64,000 bases of DNA from NCBI GenBank assembly GCA_013178285.1, contig JABLXD010000012.1:5174-69173 (forward strand). Direction: 5' to 3'. Source of the DNA: Methanofastidiosum sp. (GTDB lineage Archaea > Methanobacteriota_B > Thermococci > Methanofastidiosales > Methanofastidiosaceae). A program made the translations under genes and the position numbers. Position 1 is the first letter of the stretch. Each line of letters opens with the position of its first letter. This document shows positions 26,322 to 37,561 of this stretch, in pieces. The notes under the pieces are model-generated. The model ran no database searches, had not been told where the DNA came from, and worked only from the letters and a program-made list of their open reading frames with translations.

Positions 26322-27782
26322 TTAATAGTAATTTTTTAGTCCTTCGTAAGCTTCATTTATTTCTTTTAATATTTTTTCTTTAATTATTTTTTCTTTTTCA
26401 TCTTGAGTTGTATCAGGATGATAGTACTTTGAAAGCTCTTTCCATCTACGTTTAATTTCCTCTGCTGTTGCATCCATATCTAATCTTAAAACTTTCAAAT
26501 AGGATATCAAATATAAAGAATCATTATCAAGAGAATAGGGGATCTCTAAGGGGTATAATGTACTAGTTTCATAAATCTCTTTTCCCTTATAGTTACAATA
26601 TATTTTAATATCAAAAGATCCCTCATTCTTTGATTTAATTGGAATTGTATATGACCTATACTCCATAGGTTTGAGAGAATCTATTCTATCTTCAACTTTT
26701 GAGATATTCAAATCTTTGTTCTTTTCTATAAAAATAGATATCTCAAAAGCTTCCATGTCCCCATTATTAACTAAATACAATTGAATTTCAGATTCTTTTT
26801 TTCTTTCTAATGAGTCTAAAATATAAAAAATATACCTTAGACTTGGTCTTCCAATGTCTTCATCTATTTTCACATTAAGAGTTTCAAGGCTCTCACTTAA
26901 ACTATTAACTCGAACAAGAAGCTCTTTAATATATACATTAGAAGAAGATATAGACCTTTTACCATAATTATCTAAGAAAGACGAATAATCTTCATCAATT
27001 TGCAAGATGTCTTTGTAAAGACCTTCAAAAATATCTTTATAAAAATTATAATTTTTGCCCAAATCTTTTTTTGCCATTAAATTTAGGCCGATTTTTTCAT
27101 AATTTGATAAACAATTTACCAAAAGATCCTTTAATGTTTTAATTTTTTCTTCTACTTTTCTTCTTTCAGAATAAAGATGTCTGACGTTTTCTAAGTACCG
27201 TAATGACTCTCCCTCCATGCCCAACATTTTTAAGGCATAAGCAATATTCTCAAGAGAAGGTATACTTTCAGGATTTTCGTTGAGGCACATTTGTAATAGA
27301 TTTATTGAATCTTCAATCTGTTTTTTACCATTTTCAAGCATTAATTGTGCTCTTGTATATACATAGTCAAATTCACCCCATTCTTTAAGGAGTTGAATGG
27401 CTTCTTCTAATCTTTCCATTTTTTGAAGTGCTATTGCTAGATTAATAATTGCATTTTTATTATTTTTTTCTTCACTCAAAACTTTCTTAAAACAATTTGC
27501 AGCATCAGAATACTTCCCAATTTTTGATAAGGAAATGCCTTTATTGTAAAGAGTTTTAGTATCTTCTTGTTTTTTAAGAGCTATGTCATAAAATTTTAAT
27601 GCCTCTTCTGGTTTTCCTAGTTTATCAAAAGATATGCCAATATTAGTAATAACGTCAATGTCTTGAGGGTCAATAGATTTAGCTTTTTCAAAACATTCTA
27701 ATGCGTCCTTGTGTTTTCCCATTCTGTCAAGTAGTATTCCTTTTGAATTCCAGTAAGAAGAAGATTCAATAAGATTCGGCAC
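26322..27782 (-). CDS. TPR-repeat protein with C-terminal J-domain
   Basis: Tandem TPRs; EIKRRWKELSKYYHPD...EINEAYE. Confidence 0.85.
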   Translation of the reverse strand: MPNLIESSSYWNSKGILLDRMGKHKDALECFEKAKSIDPQDIDVITNIGISFDKLGKPEEALKFYDIALKKQEDTKTLYNKGISLSKIGKYSDAANCFKKVLSEEKNNKNAIINLAIALQKMERLEEAIQLLKEWGEFDYVYTRAQLMLENGKKQIEDSINLLQMCLNENPESIPSLENIAYALKMLGMEGESLRYLENVRHLYSERRKVEEKIKTLKDLLVNCLSNYEKIGLNLMAKKDLGKNYNFYKDIFEGLYKDILQIDEDYSSFLDNYGKRSISSSNVYIKELLVRVNSLSESLETLNVKIDEDIGRPSLRYIFYILDSLERKKESEIQLYLVNNGDMEAFEISIFIEKNKDLNISKVEDRIDSLKPMEYRSYTIPIKSKNEGSFDIKIYCNYKGKEIYETSTLYPLEIPYSLDNDSLYLISYLKVLRLDMDATAEEIKRRWKELSKYYHPDTTQDEKEKIIKEKILKEINEAYEGLKNYY

Positions 27783-27832
27783 GTTTCTAGGGGAAAATAT
27801 ACATTTAAAAGAGTTTTTATAGAATATTAATT

Positions 27833-28462
27833 ATGTACCAACAAAAAGATGGTTACCATAGGATGGCAAAGAAAGAGGGGTATAAATCTAGGGCCTCATT
27901 TAAACTAATCCAACTCAATAAAAAATTCAATTTAATAAAAAAGGGGTATAGCGTTCTAGATCTCGGAGCTGCGCCAGGAGGGTGGATGCAAATAGCATCT
28001 ACATTTGTTGGAGAAACAGGTCTTGTAGTGGGTGTTGATTTAAAAATAGTTAAAGAAAAATTTCCAAATTCTTTTTTTGTCCAAGGCGATATATTTGAAG
28101 ATGAAACAATAAATAAAGTTAAAGAGATTAAAGAAGAGTTTAATACGATTATTTCAGATATGGCCCCAAATACTTCTGGCATTAGGTCTCTTGACCATCA
28201 GAAGTCGATTGACCTTTGTTACAGGGCCTTGGAATTATCTCTAAATTTATTACAATACAAAGGAAATCTATTGATAAAAATATTTCAAGGAGAAGGTACA
28301 AAAGAATTGATAGATGACCTCAAAAATGAATTTCATTATGTTAAAATATCAAAACCTGAGTCTTCAAGGTCTGCTAGTAGAGAAACATATGTCATATGTA
28401 AAGGTTTTAAAAAGAGAAAATTAAAAATAATTGAAAAAGAATTAACCGAAGAGAGCGCCTAA
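27833..28462 (+). CDS. rlmE: 23S rRNA Um2552 methyltransferase
   Basis: [28 protein letters not shown]. Confidence 0.95.
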   Translation: MYQQKDGYHRMAKKEGYKSRASFKLIQLNKKFNLIKKGYSVLDLGAAPGGWMQIASTFVGETGLVVGVDLKIVKEKFPNSFFVQGDIFEDETINKVKEIKEEFNTIISDMAPNTSGIRSLDHQKSIDLCYRALELSLNLLQYKGNLLIKIFQGEGTKELIDDLKNEFHYVKISKPESSRSASRETYVICKGFKKRKLKIIEKELTEESA

Positions 28463-28762
28463 ACCTTCAAGTGCTGATTCTTCTGCTTCTTCTTTCTTTT
28501 CTTCCTTCTTTGATTCTCCAGAAGGCTTTTGTTCTGAAGCGCCTGCTGCTGGTGCAGCTGCAGGTGCATGTGCAACTGGCATTGAAGCAGAGCTTATAGC
28601 TTCCTCAATATCTACACCTTCTAATGAAGATACAAGAGCTTTAATTCTGGCCTCATCGACTGTCACACCGGCAGCCTTTAAAACATTGTTTAAATTCGCT
28701 TCATTTATTTCCTTCTTAGCCTCATGAAGGATCATCGCAGCATATACATATTCCATAATCAC
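28442..28762 (-). CDS. rpl12: 50S ribosomal protein L12 (P1)
   Basis: [11 protein letters not shown]; Ala-rich hinge; GLGALFG. Confidence 0.96.
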   Translation of the reverse strand: MIMEYVYAAMILHEAKKEINEANLNNVLKAAGVTVDEARIKALVSSLEGVDIEEAISSASMPVAHAPAAAPAAGASEQKPSGESKKEEKKEEAEESALEGLGALFG

Positions 28763-28773
28763 ACCTCCATTAA

Positions 28774-29784
28774 TTAACCAAATAGGGCCCCTAGACCTTC
28801 TAATCCGGCGTCCCCATCTTTATCTTTATCATCTTTAGTTTCTTCAACTTTTTTTTCAGTTACTTTTTTTTCAGCAGGAGCAGCTGATTGAACTACGTTC
28901 AACTTATTTTTTAGTTCATCGTCCAATGCTGCACCGTTTAACAATCTAGATAGACTTAGAGCCTGAGCAACGCTCTTTGACATAATTGGGCCTATTGTTT
29001 CTGGGGAAACTATATTTGCGCCAATTGCCAAGGACTTTGATTTAATTGTAGCTTGCTGTATTAATAGTTTTACGCTTTCTTTTGTGAATATTCTTCTATC
29101 AAAGGATAATGCTAAAGCTTTAGTGAATGCTTTTATTATGTTGTTTCTAGTTTCAACATCGTCTATACTTAGAACATTTCGCTTGAATATTAATCCTTCT
29201 TCATAAGCAGCTGCTAAATCTGCTCCAACTTCCATTGGTTCAATCTTAAGTTGAGAAAGTATCTCGCTAACTTTTTTAGATATTGTTTCTCCATGTTTAA
29301 CAAATACAGTATCTCTTTCAATGGATATCGTCCCTTTATCAATTTTAGCAGGAACTCCAAGAGATTGAAGCTCACTTACAAGTGGACCTGGTGGTAATCC
29401 AGTACTTCCTTGAGAGATTACTATATCCGCCTTTGCAACGTCACCTGGTTTTGCTGGAGCAGGTGCTTTAGATTTTTGTAAAAGTTTATAAATTCTGAAT
29501 GGATTTTCATTGGAAAAAATGAATGCTGCTCCGGCGTTAATGTGATCTTTAAGTTGCTCTTTTTCAGTTTTTTCGAGAGCGATCTTCATTAAATTATTTT
29601 TAGACATTCTAAAAGTAACTTTGCCCCTCAGCTCTTCCCTTATGTTTTGCAACTGTTTTGCAGGAATATTTTGAAGATCAACTACCCCTACAACAGGAGA
29701 AGATTTAATCATGTCTCTAAGGGAATCTACCTCTTCGGATTTCCATTCCGCTACTTGTCCTTTTACTGCTACTCTTCCCTTCAT
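28774..29784 (-). CDS. rplP0: 50S ribosomal protein L10 (P0)
   Basis: VAEWK, TGLPPGP, GLGALFG. Confidence 0.96.
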   Translation of the reverse strand: MKGRVAVKGQVAEWKSEEVDSLRDMIKSSPVVGVVDLQNIPAKQLQNIREELRGKVTFRMSKNNLMKIALEKTEKEQLKDHINAGAAFIFSNENPFRIYKLLQKSKAPAPAKPGDVAKADIVISQGSTGLPPGPLVSELQSLGVPAKIDKGTISIERDTVFVKHGETISKKVSEILSQLKIEPMEVGADLAAAYEEGLIFKRNVLSIDDVETRNNIIKAFTKALALSFDRRIFTKESVKLLIQQATIKSKSLAIGANIVSPETIGPIMSKSVAQALSLSRLLNGAALDDELKNKLNVVQSAAPAEKKVTEKKVEETKDDKDKDGDAGLEGLGALFG

Positions 29785-30425
29785 TTAAAATCCTCCAGTT
29801 TTACCGAAGGCCCCATGGTGGTCTTTATATAAATAGACTTTATATTGTCAAATCCTTTTTCAAGTTTCTTTTCAAAAAACTTAATAACTTCTGAAATGTT
29901 TTCAGCTAACATTTCATCGTCCATTTTTTCGGAGCCAACAAAAGTATGAATCACAGACTGATTAGTACTTTTTATTTTAACTGTCTTTTTCAATTTATTT
30001 AGTATAGGTTCGAGCGGAGCAGTTGGAGGCAAAGGTGCAGGTGTTTTTCCTCTTGGCGCAAAGATTGGACCTAAAGATTTTCCAACTAAGGTCATGAAAT
30101 CTGTTTGCGCTATGAAAAAATCATGACTATTTGCAACTTTTTTTGCAATTTTTTTGTCCTTTGCGAATTTTTCTATGTCTTCTTGATCAAATACTGACAA
30201 GTTTTCCTTTTTGGCCCTTAAAGCCATGTCGCCCGAAGCAAAGACACCAATTTTAACATCTTTGCCCCTTCCGTTAGGTAAAACAAAGTCTTCTTTGATA
30301 CGATTTTGTGTTTTTTTCATGTCTAGCCCTTGGAGATTAATGCTCATCTCCACTGACTGTGTGAAGTTTCTCGGCTTTGAAGTTTCCTTCGCCTTCTTCA
30401 CCGCTCGTAATACGGCATCTTTCAA
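29781..30425 (-). CDS. rpl1: 50S ribosomal protein L1
   Basis: RNFTQSVE, PRGK.P, KTTMGP. Confidence 0.96.
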   Translation of the reverse strand: MKDAVLRAVKKAKETSKPRNFTQSVEMSINLQGLDMKKTQNRIKEDFVLPNGRGKDVKIGVFASGDMALRAKKENLSVFDQEDIEKFAKDKKIAKKVANSHDFFIAQTDFMTLVGKSLGPIFAPRGKTPAPLPPTAPLEPILNKLKKTVKIKSTNQSVIHTFVGSEKMDDEMLAENISEVIKFFEKKLEKGFDNIKSIYIKTTMGPSVKLEDFK

Positions 30426-30437
30426 AACTATTCCTCC

Positions 30438-30917
30438 TTATTTAATTAAATTATCGTATTTTCCTTCATTTATCTCATTTTGTACTACTCTTGGATCTTT
30501 TCCTTCGCAGGTTACCCCCATGGAAACACATGTTCCGAGGATCTCTTTTACTACGCCTGCGATAGTAGGAGATAAAGAAGAAGGTTCCTTCATCTTGGCA
30601 ATTTTAACCAGTGCATCTATACTTATGTCCCCAACTTTGCTTGAAGATGGTGTAGAAGATCCTTTTTCCAATTTAAGATCTTTAAGAATTAATGCGGAAG
30701 CAGGGGGAACGCCGACCTCGACTCTAAAATTCTTTTTTTCATCGACAAATATTTTCACGGGTACTTTCATTCCCTGAAAATCTTTAGTTTTCTCATTTAT
30801 TTCGGCAACAACCTTTCCCACATTAATACCAAGAGGACCTAAAGCGGGCCCTAAAGGTGGACCGGCAGTAGCTTTTCCTCCATCAACAAGTGAGGTAACA
30901 GATCTCTCTTTTCCCAT
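30438..30917 (-). CDS. rpl11: 50S ribosomal protein L11
   Basis: GGKATAGPPLGPALGPLG, GTCVSMG. Confidence 0.97.
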   Translation of the reverse strand: MGKERSVTSLVDGGKATAGPPLGPALGPLGINVGKVVAEINEKTKDFQGMKVPVKIFVDEKKNFRVEVGVPPASALILKDLKLEKGSSTPSSSKVGDISIDALVKIAKMKEPSSLSPTIAGVVKEILGTCVSMGVTCEGKDPRVVQNEINEGKYDNLIK

Positions 30918-30927
30918 TATATCACCA

Positions 30928-31386
30928 CTAGCTCTTTTTCTCTATAATCCTGACGTAATCTCCTTTAACAGTAACCGGTATTGGTACCATTGCTTCAAGA
31001 AGTTCAACTGTAAGTTCTTCTTTACCTTTATCCACTCTTATTATCTTAGCTTTTTCGCCCTTAAACGGACCAGCTATTAACTCAACAATGTCTCCTTTTG
31101 CAAGACCGGATACGGATGGCTTTGCCTCTAAGAAATGACTAATTTCATCGAAAGCAATTTTACCTTCAAGAATCCCTCTTACATTTCGAAGGCCTTGAAT
31201 GGCTTCTTCTACAGCCCCTTTATCACTCGCCTCAATGAAAACATACCCTTTTAAGGTTTCTGGTGCTAAGATTGCATAAACTTTAAGGTTGTTAGTTTTT
31301 ACTTTTCCCTCTATCATCTTTGCTACATTCTGTTCTTGATTAACAGCTACCTTTAATGCAAAGATTGGATTCTCGTCATCATCCAT
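30928..31386 (-). CDS. spt5: Transcription elongation factor Spt5
   Basis: NGN domain KGYVFIEA; KOW GPFKGE; ATG at 31386 after GGAG. Confidence 0.95.
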   Translation of the reverse strand: MDDDENPIFALKVAVNQEQNVAKMIEGKVKTNNLKVYAILAPETLKGYVFIEASDKGAVEEAIQGLRNVRGILEGKIAFDEISHFLEAKPSVSGLAKGDIVELIAGPFKGEKAKIIRVDKGKEELTVELLEAMVPIPVTVKGDYVRIIEKKS

Positions 31387-31461
31387 CACATTCTCTCCCA
31401 CAATAATAGCAAAATCAAAGGTACTCAAAGATTTAAAAAGTTTAGCCTTTGGAAAAGAAAT

Positions 31462-31665
31462 TTATGCCCCAAAATTTTGAATTATGACTGAAACAAATTT
31501 TATTAGATACCCAATTATTCCAATCAATACTATTCCTATTCCAGTAACTTTGGAGGTGAGTGAATACTCTTTTCTTCCAGGCTTCTTAGCAAGTTTAAGT
31601 ACTCTCGTGTACTCGGAAACCCAACTTCTTGCTCTTTCTTTTTTCTTTAGATTAGCCTCTGCCAT
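31462..31665 (-). CDS. secE: Protein translocase subunit SecE/Sec61-gamma
   Basis: RVLKLAKKP..EY...TGIG; conserved ftsZ-secE-spt5 order. Confidence 0.92.
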   Translation of the reverse strand: MAEANLKKKERARSWVSEYTRVLKLAKKPGRKEYSLTSKVTGIGIVLIGIIGYLIKFVSVIIQNFGA

Positions 31666-31689
31666 GAGGCTAATTAATAAGAATCCTTT

Positions 31690-32811
31690 TTAAATGTATT
31701 CTATTCCAAGATCTATTCCTCTAACAGGCGCTTCGCTTTCAATGAGCATCTCAGTTTCTTTTCTTCCGAATATGTAAGGTGATTTGACCCCTGAAAGAAC
31801 TACCATAACTCTAAGTCCGTTTTTAATATCTTCGTTTATCATTGCACCCCAAATTATTTGGGCATCTGGTTCAAGTTCATTTGTTACATGCTCAACGATT
31901 TTCTCTGCTTCCTCGAGTTTCATGTTTGAACTTCCGGTAATATTAATTAATGCTCCCTTTGCACCTGTTACATCTACATCTATTAGAGGACTGCTTAATG
32001 CTTCAGTAATAGCTTCTTTTGCCCTATTTTCTGTATCGGATTCTCCCATTCCGATCATTGCAACATCTCCCTCTCTCATTACTGATCTAACATCAGCGAA
32101 ATCAACATTAACTAGTCCGGGCTTTGTAATTAATTCAGCTATCCCACCAACAGCCCTTATTAAAATATCATCAGAAACTTTAAATGCTGCATTTATAGGT
32201 AAGCCAGGGGCTATATCTAGTAATTTATCATTTGGTATAACAATAACCGTATCTGTAACTTTTCTTAATTTTTCAAGTCCTTTTTCTGCATTTCTTTGTC
32301 TCCTTAGACCTTCGACAGTAAAAGGTAATGTAACTACTGCGACAGTAAGTGCCCCAAGTTTTTTAGCTATTTCGGCTATTACTGGTGCAGAGCCTGTTCC
32401 AGTTCCACCGCCAAGTCCACAAGTAACAAAAACCATGTCACTTCCTTCGAGGACATCTTTTATAGTCCTCTCGTCTTCTCTTGCGGATTCTTCCCCTATT
32501 TTTGGGTCGTTGCCTGCTCCCAAGCCTCTTGTGACTTCTTTCCCTATCAAAATCTTTTTATCGGCTCTTGTGTCCAATAAATCTTGGGCATCTGTATTGA
32601 CGGCTACTGCCTCAACTCCAATAACTCCAATTTCCATTAATCGGTCGATAGCATTAGACCCTGCTCCACCAGTTCCTACTACTTTAATTTTAGCCCTTGA
32701 GTCTCTGAGTACTCTTTCAAGTTCCTCATCTACAGAAGTATAGCGATGATCTTTAACTATCTCTTTTTCTGTTACCGCCCTCTCAATGGCATCTTCAATA
32801 ACAGACCTCAT
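31690..32811 (-). CDS. ftsZ: Cell division protein FtsZ (FtsZ1 context)
   Basis: [21 protein letters not shown]. Confidence 0.97.
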   Translation of the reverse strand: MRSVIEDAIERAVTEKEIVKDHRYTSVDEELERVLRDSRAKIKVVGTGGAGSNAIDRLMEIGVIGVEAVAVNTDAQDLLDTRADKKILIGKEVTRGLGAGNDPKIGEESAREDERTIKDVLEGSDMVFVTCGLGGGTGTGSAPVIAEIAKKLGALTVAVVTLPFTVEGLRRQRNAEKGLEKLRKVTDTVIVIPNDKLLDIAPGLPINAAFKVSDDILIRAVGGIAELITKPGLVNVDFADVRSVMREGDVAMIGMGESDTENRAKEAITEALSSPLIDVDVTGAKGALINITGSSNMKLEEAEKIVEHVTNELEPDAQIIWGAMINEDIKNGLRVMVVLSGVKSPYIFGRKETEMLIESEAPVRGIDLGIEYI

Positions 32812-32948
32812 ATAACTCCCCCTTATTATTAATGTAGCTACTTAATATTGGTAACATAAAACTCCTATTTGTAATCTATATATGTTAATAGTATATAAAG
32901 CTTTTGCTTAATAATGATAATTACAATGCTTCTCTTTAGTGGTAATCC

Positions 32949-33788
32949 TTATTCTTTTTCAATATCACTTGTTTTTGCAAATGATATACCTAGATTAGTT
33001 AGTTTATCTTTTAAATCTGACCGTTCTTTAATACCCTTCCAGTCTAAAAGGATAACGTCTAGGCGTTCACTTTTTTTAATTAATTCATGAAGCATGGAAT
33101 CTGTTACAGGAGTGTTATACTTTGCAATAACATGGCCTATAGCAATATCTGTATTCAACATCATCTCGGTAAATTTAGGGCAATAATGGCCTCCGCCAAC
33201 ACCTGCGGCAATTCTATAAGACTTTTGTTTTTGATTATATGAAAGAGAAGTATAAATTGCGGAAGCTATTACTTCTCCAGCTTCTTTTATTCCCCAATAG
33301 GTTTCATCACTTCCTATCTCGATGAATGTTGTAGGAAGTCCGGTCAAAGGGCCATGGTGTGTGGCTTCAAGGGATACTTCAAAAGATATATCCAATTTTT
33401 TTGACAAATTCATAATTTCGTTTAACACTATTTTTTGGAATACTGGATTGGAAGGAGAAACTAGATCATCTTTTCCACCATAATCGGCCTTGCCAAAATT
33501 TCCCGGGGTATGGCAAGTCAATGTTGGAATTTTAGCAACGGATTTATGTCTTGTTGCAAAAAAAATTGAATCTATTTTTGTCAGTTCATAATCGGCCACT
33601 TCTTTTTGAATAATAATTTCTGGAAAATCAGTGTAAATAGTTTCATTTTTAATTCTTACTATTAAAGCATCTTTATTCTTATCATAAAAATAATTATTTT
33701 CAAGTTTTTCAAAGGGATATTTTTGAAGTAAGTTTTCCCTAATATTTTCTCCTGCTTTATCTAATTCTGAACTTATTATTAGCTTCAT
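32949..33788 (-). CDS. dtdA: D-aminoacyl-tRNA deacylase (DTD2)
   Basis: TRH, LTCHTPGN, EATHHGP, EIGS, GGGHY. Confidence 0.92.
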   Translation of the reverse strand: MKLIISSELDKAGENIRENLLQKYPFEKLENNYFYDKNKDALIVRIKNETIYTDFPEIIIQKEVADYELTKIDSIFFATRHKSVAKIPTLTCHTPGNFGKADYGGKDDLVSPSNPVFQKIVLNEIMNLSKKLDISFEVSLEATHHGPLTGLPTTFIEIGSDETYWGIKEAGEVIASAIYTSLSYNQKQKSYRIAAGVGGGHYCPKFTEMMLNTDIAIGHVIAKYNTPVTDSMLHELIKKSERLDVILLDWKGIKERSDLKDKLTNLGISFAKTSDIEKE

Positions 33789-33839
33789 CTAGTTACCCCA
33801 AACATTAAAATACCCCTGCCTATAGTATTTATATATTTA

Positions 33840-34421
33840 ATGAGGATTTACATGGATTCTGAACTAAGAAGAAAAATATTCCATGAAATAGGATTATTAA
33901 TTCCAATAAATTATTATATATTTTTTGATAAAAAAGACGCAATATTTGGGATGTCAATTTTAGTATTACTTTTTGTATTTATAGAATTTTTAAGATTACG
34001 ATACAATTTTGGGATTGAATTTATTCCAAAAGTTGTAGGAAAAACTGTAAGAGATTATGAAGAAGTTGATTTGTCGGCTGCAACTTATTTTATTATTTCT
34101 TCATTTTTTGCAGTTCTTTTATTTGATAAATACATCGCTATTGCTGCGATTACTTATAATTCTATTGGAGATTTTTTTTCAGCTATGGTCGGTAAAAAAT
34201 TTGGGAATACAAAGTATATGGGCGGAAGGAAATCTTTAGAGGGTAGTTTTGCTTGTTTTATTTCATGTTTTCTTATTGGATTATTGATATTAAATCCATT
34301 TTTAGCAATTATTGGTGCCCTTGCGGCAACATTTGCAGAAGGATATTTAATAAAGGTAAATGATAATTTATCTATACCGATAATATCTGGAATAGTACTT
34401 ACCCTTGTATCTTTTCTTTGA
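33840..34421 (+). CDS. Dolichol/phytol kinase family (CTP-dependent) membrane protein
   Basis: RRKIFH, GD..SAMVGKKFG, KSLEGS, DNLSIP. Confidence 0.88.
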   Translation: MRIYMDSELRRKIFHEIGLLIPINYYIFFDKKDAIFGMSILVLLFVFIEFLRLRYNFGIEFIPKVVGKTVRDYEEVDLSAATYFIISSFFAVLLFDKYIAIAAITYNSIGDFFSAMVGKKFGNTKYMGGRKSLEGSFACFISCFLIGLLILNPFLAIIGALAATFAEGYLIKVNDNLSIPIISGIVLTLVSFL

Positions 34422-36057
34422 AAATTTCAAATATTGCTGAAAGATCTATTTCAAATGCAGAAACTGGCATTTCTAATTTGAAATTATACAACACTTCAGG
34501 ATGCAACTCTCCCATTTTTCCTATAAGAATGCCCCCAATATCTAAGGAACAAGACCTTCCTTCAATGAAGTAAGGATAATCTTCTTCTTTAACTGAATAC
34601 TGAAGTCCAAATGAAGAAATAAGGCCATTAATTATCCCCTTTATCTCAGAGAAGTTTGCATTTGGGTGACAAATTGCACAAGAAAGATATTGTTTTTCTA
34701 CTAAATTTTGATCAGGTACAACTATTCCTACTTCAAATATATTCTGAGGGTACTCATAATGTGAATTTGAAACTAATGCTTTTAGTAATAAAGGTAGCAA
34801 GCTACATCTTACTGTATCAAATTCTGTATTTACTGCATTTATTGTCTTTACAAGTTTTCTTTTATTATCAAGCATTTTGGTAATCAGGACATCTTCATTT
34901 GAAAGGATATAATTTTTGACTTCAAAGAAATTAAATCCTACCATCACTTCTTCTACTTTTCTTACAAATATTTCAATAGGATTTTCTTGCCCAATTGTCG
35001 CTATTTCAGGTATTTCGGGGATGAAGTTTTCAAATCCATAAGAAATAGAGATATCCTCAACTATATCTATAGGGTGTAAGATATCTGCCCTATATGCGGG
35101 GATTTCTACGACAATTTTACCTTTAGACTTTGAAGATATTCCATATCGCATTTTCAATAACAAATCTGCAGTTTCATTTTCAGATAAATTTAGTCCAAGG
35201 ATTTTATTTGAATATGATAAATCCAGTTCCATTTTTTCTCGAGTAAGTTCCGGATAAATCAACTCTTTTCCTTCATCCGTTAGTTTAAAAGAATGTATCT
35301 CTCCCCCTCTAATGAAAAGCCCCATCAAAATTATATTCAACGCGTATTCAATGCTCTTTTTATGCGTGCCTGTTATATCAATAAAAAGATTTTTTGTTTT
35401 CTCAGTTACTTTTGTATGATCTCCATTAATAATAGGTGGCATTGATAATACTTTGCCACTGCTATCTATCCAAATTGGGCATTCTTTAAATTCTGATAAT
35501 AGATGTGCATAAGCTATTCCTTTAGGATGTGTCTTCAATATTTCATCTATAGTTAGATTTTTATCAAATTCTAAAGGTATAAATGAGAAATCTCTGGGCA
35601 TTGTAGTGTATGTAATCGGAAATTTAATCGTATCTAAGTCATGTACCCCTATTGCAACTTTCTTTCGATTCCTCCCGTGAGTGATATGTAATTTTTCTTG
35701 AATCTGCATTAAAGATTTAATTGTGTCATCGTCAAATTTTATTCCTTTAACAATTGCGCCAACTGCAAAAGGCCTTACAGATTTTACTTTTGGGTCAACA
35801 GACCCTTCGTAATTTGACTTATGAACTTTGAATTCAATAGGCCCTTTCTCTAATCCCATGAAGCCCTTCAAAGCACTAGTAAATCCTTCGATAGACAACA
35901 TATCTGGCCTATCTGGAAAAATTTCAACAACAATTTCAGGATTTACTTTCTCTAAATCTGTACCAATCATTGAGATTCTATCGCTCAGAGTTTTATCATC
36001 AACAGCTTTTCCGAGCAATGATATGAATTCATTCTTATCAAAATTAACAGTTGGCAT
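34399..36057 (-). CDS. pheT: Phenylalanyl-tRNA synthetase beta subunit
   Basis: DRPDMLS.EG, QEKLH..GRNR, YRADILH. Confidence 0.95.
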   Translation of the reverse strand: MPTVNFDKNEFISLLGKAVDDKTLSDRISMIGTDLEKVNPEIVVEIFPDRPDMLSIEGFTSALKGFMGLEKGPIEFKVHKSNYEGSVDPKVKSVRPFAVGAIVKGIKFDDDTIKSLMQIQEKLHITHGRNRKKVAIGVHDLDTIKFPITYTTMPRDFSFIPLEFDKNLTIDEILKTHPKGIAYAHLLSEFKECPIWIDSSGKVLSMPPIINGDHTKVTEKTKNLFIDITGTHKKSIEYALNIILMGLFIRGGEIHSFKLTDEGKELIYPELTREKMELDLSYSNKILGLNLSENETADLLLKMRYGISSKSKGKIVVEIPAYRADILHPIDIVEDISISYGFENFIPEIPEIATIGQENPIEIFVRKVEEVMVGFNFFEVKNYILSNEDVLITKMLDNKRKLVKTINAVNTEFDTVRCSLLPLLLKALVSNSHYEYPQNIFEVGIVVPDQNLVEKQYLSCAICHPNANFSEIKGIINGLISSFGLQYSVKEEDYPYFIEGRSCSLDIGGILIGKMGELHPEVLYNFKLEMPVSAFEIDLSAIFEIFKEKIQG

Positions 36058-36061
36058 CTTA

Positions 36062-37561
36062 TCATCCTTTTATCCAAATAGGTAATTTTTTCATCATTTC
36101 AAGATCATTCATATATTTTTGCCTGATATCTGTCAATCCGTAATAGTCCATTATGAGTCTTCCAAATCCTGGGCCCCATGCAAGCACTGGTATGTCCTTA
36201 CCCAAGAGAGGAACTACTACTTCAGGTCTGAAAATTCCTGCGCCTAAAAGTTCTACCCACTCACCTTTGTCTTTATTATAAATATCAACTTCTATACTTG
36301 GTTCTGTGTAAGGGAAGTATGCAGGTCTAAATCTTATTTTAGAGTGTCCCATTTTATTTAAGAAGCGTTTAAGGTAACCAAGTAAATGCTTAAAGTTTGC
36401 ATCTTCATCAACAACTATTCCATCAGTCTGATAAAATTCAAAGAGGTGCTTCCAGTCAAGTTTTTCATTTCTAAAAACCTTGCCGACTGAGAAAAATTTT
36501 GCAGGTAAATCTTCAGGTTTTAAACTACTAAGAGTCCTTACAGATAAGGAAGTGGTATGAGTTCTTAAGACGTATTCTTCGCTAATTCTTTTGTTCCAGT
36601 CATAACCCCAACCTTTTGAACCTATGTTGCCTCCATGTTCATGCATTGAACAAATTTTATCTAATAATTTTGGATCAATTGCACCATACCTTGGAGAATC
36701 TATAAAGAAGGTATCTTGCATATCTCTAGCGGGATGGTCTTGAGGTTGAAATAATGCGTCAAAAACCCAAAAAGAGGTATCGATCATTGGCCCAGACATT
36801 TCTTTGAATCCCATTTCTAGCCATATCTTCCTAATATATTCTATTGCTTGATTTACAAAATGCTTTCTCGAAGGATAAACTACTTTGACATTTGAAGTAA
36901 CATCGAATCTCTTTAAAGCTATGTCTCTCCAACTTTGATTTTTTAGCATTTCAGGAGTTAATTCTGAAACTTCTTCAGTTATCTCTATACCCTTAGATAC
37001 TTCACTTTTGCCCAATTCGGTAAGATGTACTTTCCTGATAGTATCTATTTTCTTCTCGACAAGTTTTCTTTTAATTAGAATATTTACTAGATTATCATTA
37101 ACTTTTTTATTATTTGATATATCTTCTAAAGCATTCTCTTCGGGAGTTTTTTCATTTAAAGCGATTTTTCCTTTGTCTGTTAGAGAAAATGACAGGGAAT
37201 CATTAATTTTCTCAATGGATATCCAGCCATTTCTTCTAGCCATCCCTATTGCAATATTTCTTTCTTCTTCGGAAAGCCCAATTTCATTTAATGAGATTTT
37301 ATCGTTTATACTCCTGACAAATATTTTTTCAATAAGTCCTTTTTCAATACTTTTCTTCCCTTCTTTTGACAAGACTAAATTAGAAACAGCTTTTTCATCG
37401 ACAATAACTAGATTTTTACTTGATAAATAAAGGAGCGTTCTCATAACTGCAACTTCAGGCAGATTTGAAATACTTGCTATTTCTTCTGGGTTTGATTCTC
37501 CTTTTAAACTACCGAGTGTCTTTAGAATAATCTTCTCTTGCTTTGAAAGCATCGAATTCAC
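36062..37561 (-). CDS. pheS: Phenylalanyl-tRNA synthetase alpha subunit
   Basis: QDHPARDMQDTF, LRTHTT, YFPYTEPS. Confidence 0.96.
   Translation of the reverse strand: MNSMLSKQEKIILKTLGSLKGESNPEEIASISNLPEVAVMRTLLYLSSKNLVIVDEKAVSNLVLSKEGKKSIEKGLIEKIFVRSINDKISLNEIGLSEEERNIAIGMARRNGWISIEKINDSLSFSLTDKGKIALNEKTPEENALEDISNNKKVNDNLVNILIKRKLVEKKIDTIRKVHLTELGKSEVSKGIEITEEVSELTPEMLKNQSWRDIALKRFDVTSNVKVVYPSRKHFVNQAIEYIRKIWLEMGFKEMSGPMIDTSFWVFDALFQPQDHPARDMQDTFFIDSPRYGAIDPKLLDKICSMHEHGGNIGSKGWGYDWNKRISEEYVLRTHTTSLSVRTLSSLKPEDLPAKFFSVGKVFRNEKLDWKHLFEFYQTDGIVVDEDANFKHLLGYLKRFLNKMGHSKIRFRPAYFPYTEPSIEVDIYNKDKGEWVELLGAGIFRPEVVVPLLGKDIPVLAWGPGFGRLIMDYYGLTDIRQKYMNDLEMMKKLPIWIKG

Noticed and set aside
30211-32743. 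Long plus-strand ORFs (188 aa, 319 aa) and similar antisense ORFs elsewhere
   Set aside because: Antisense shadows of conserved genes (rpl1/rpl11, ftsZ) caused by codon bias.
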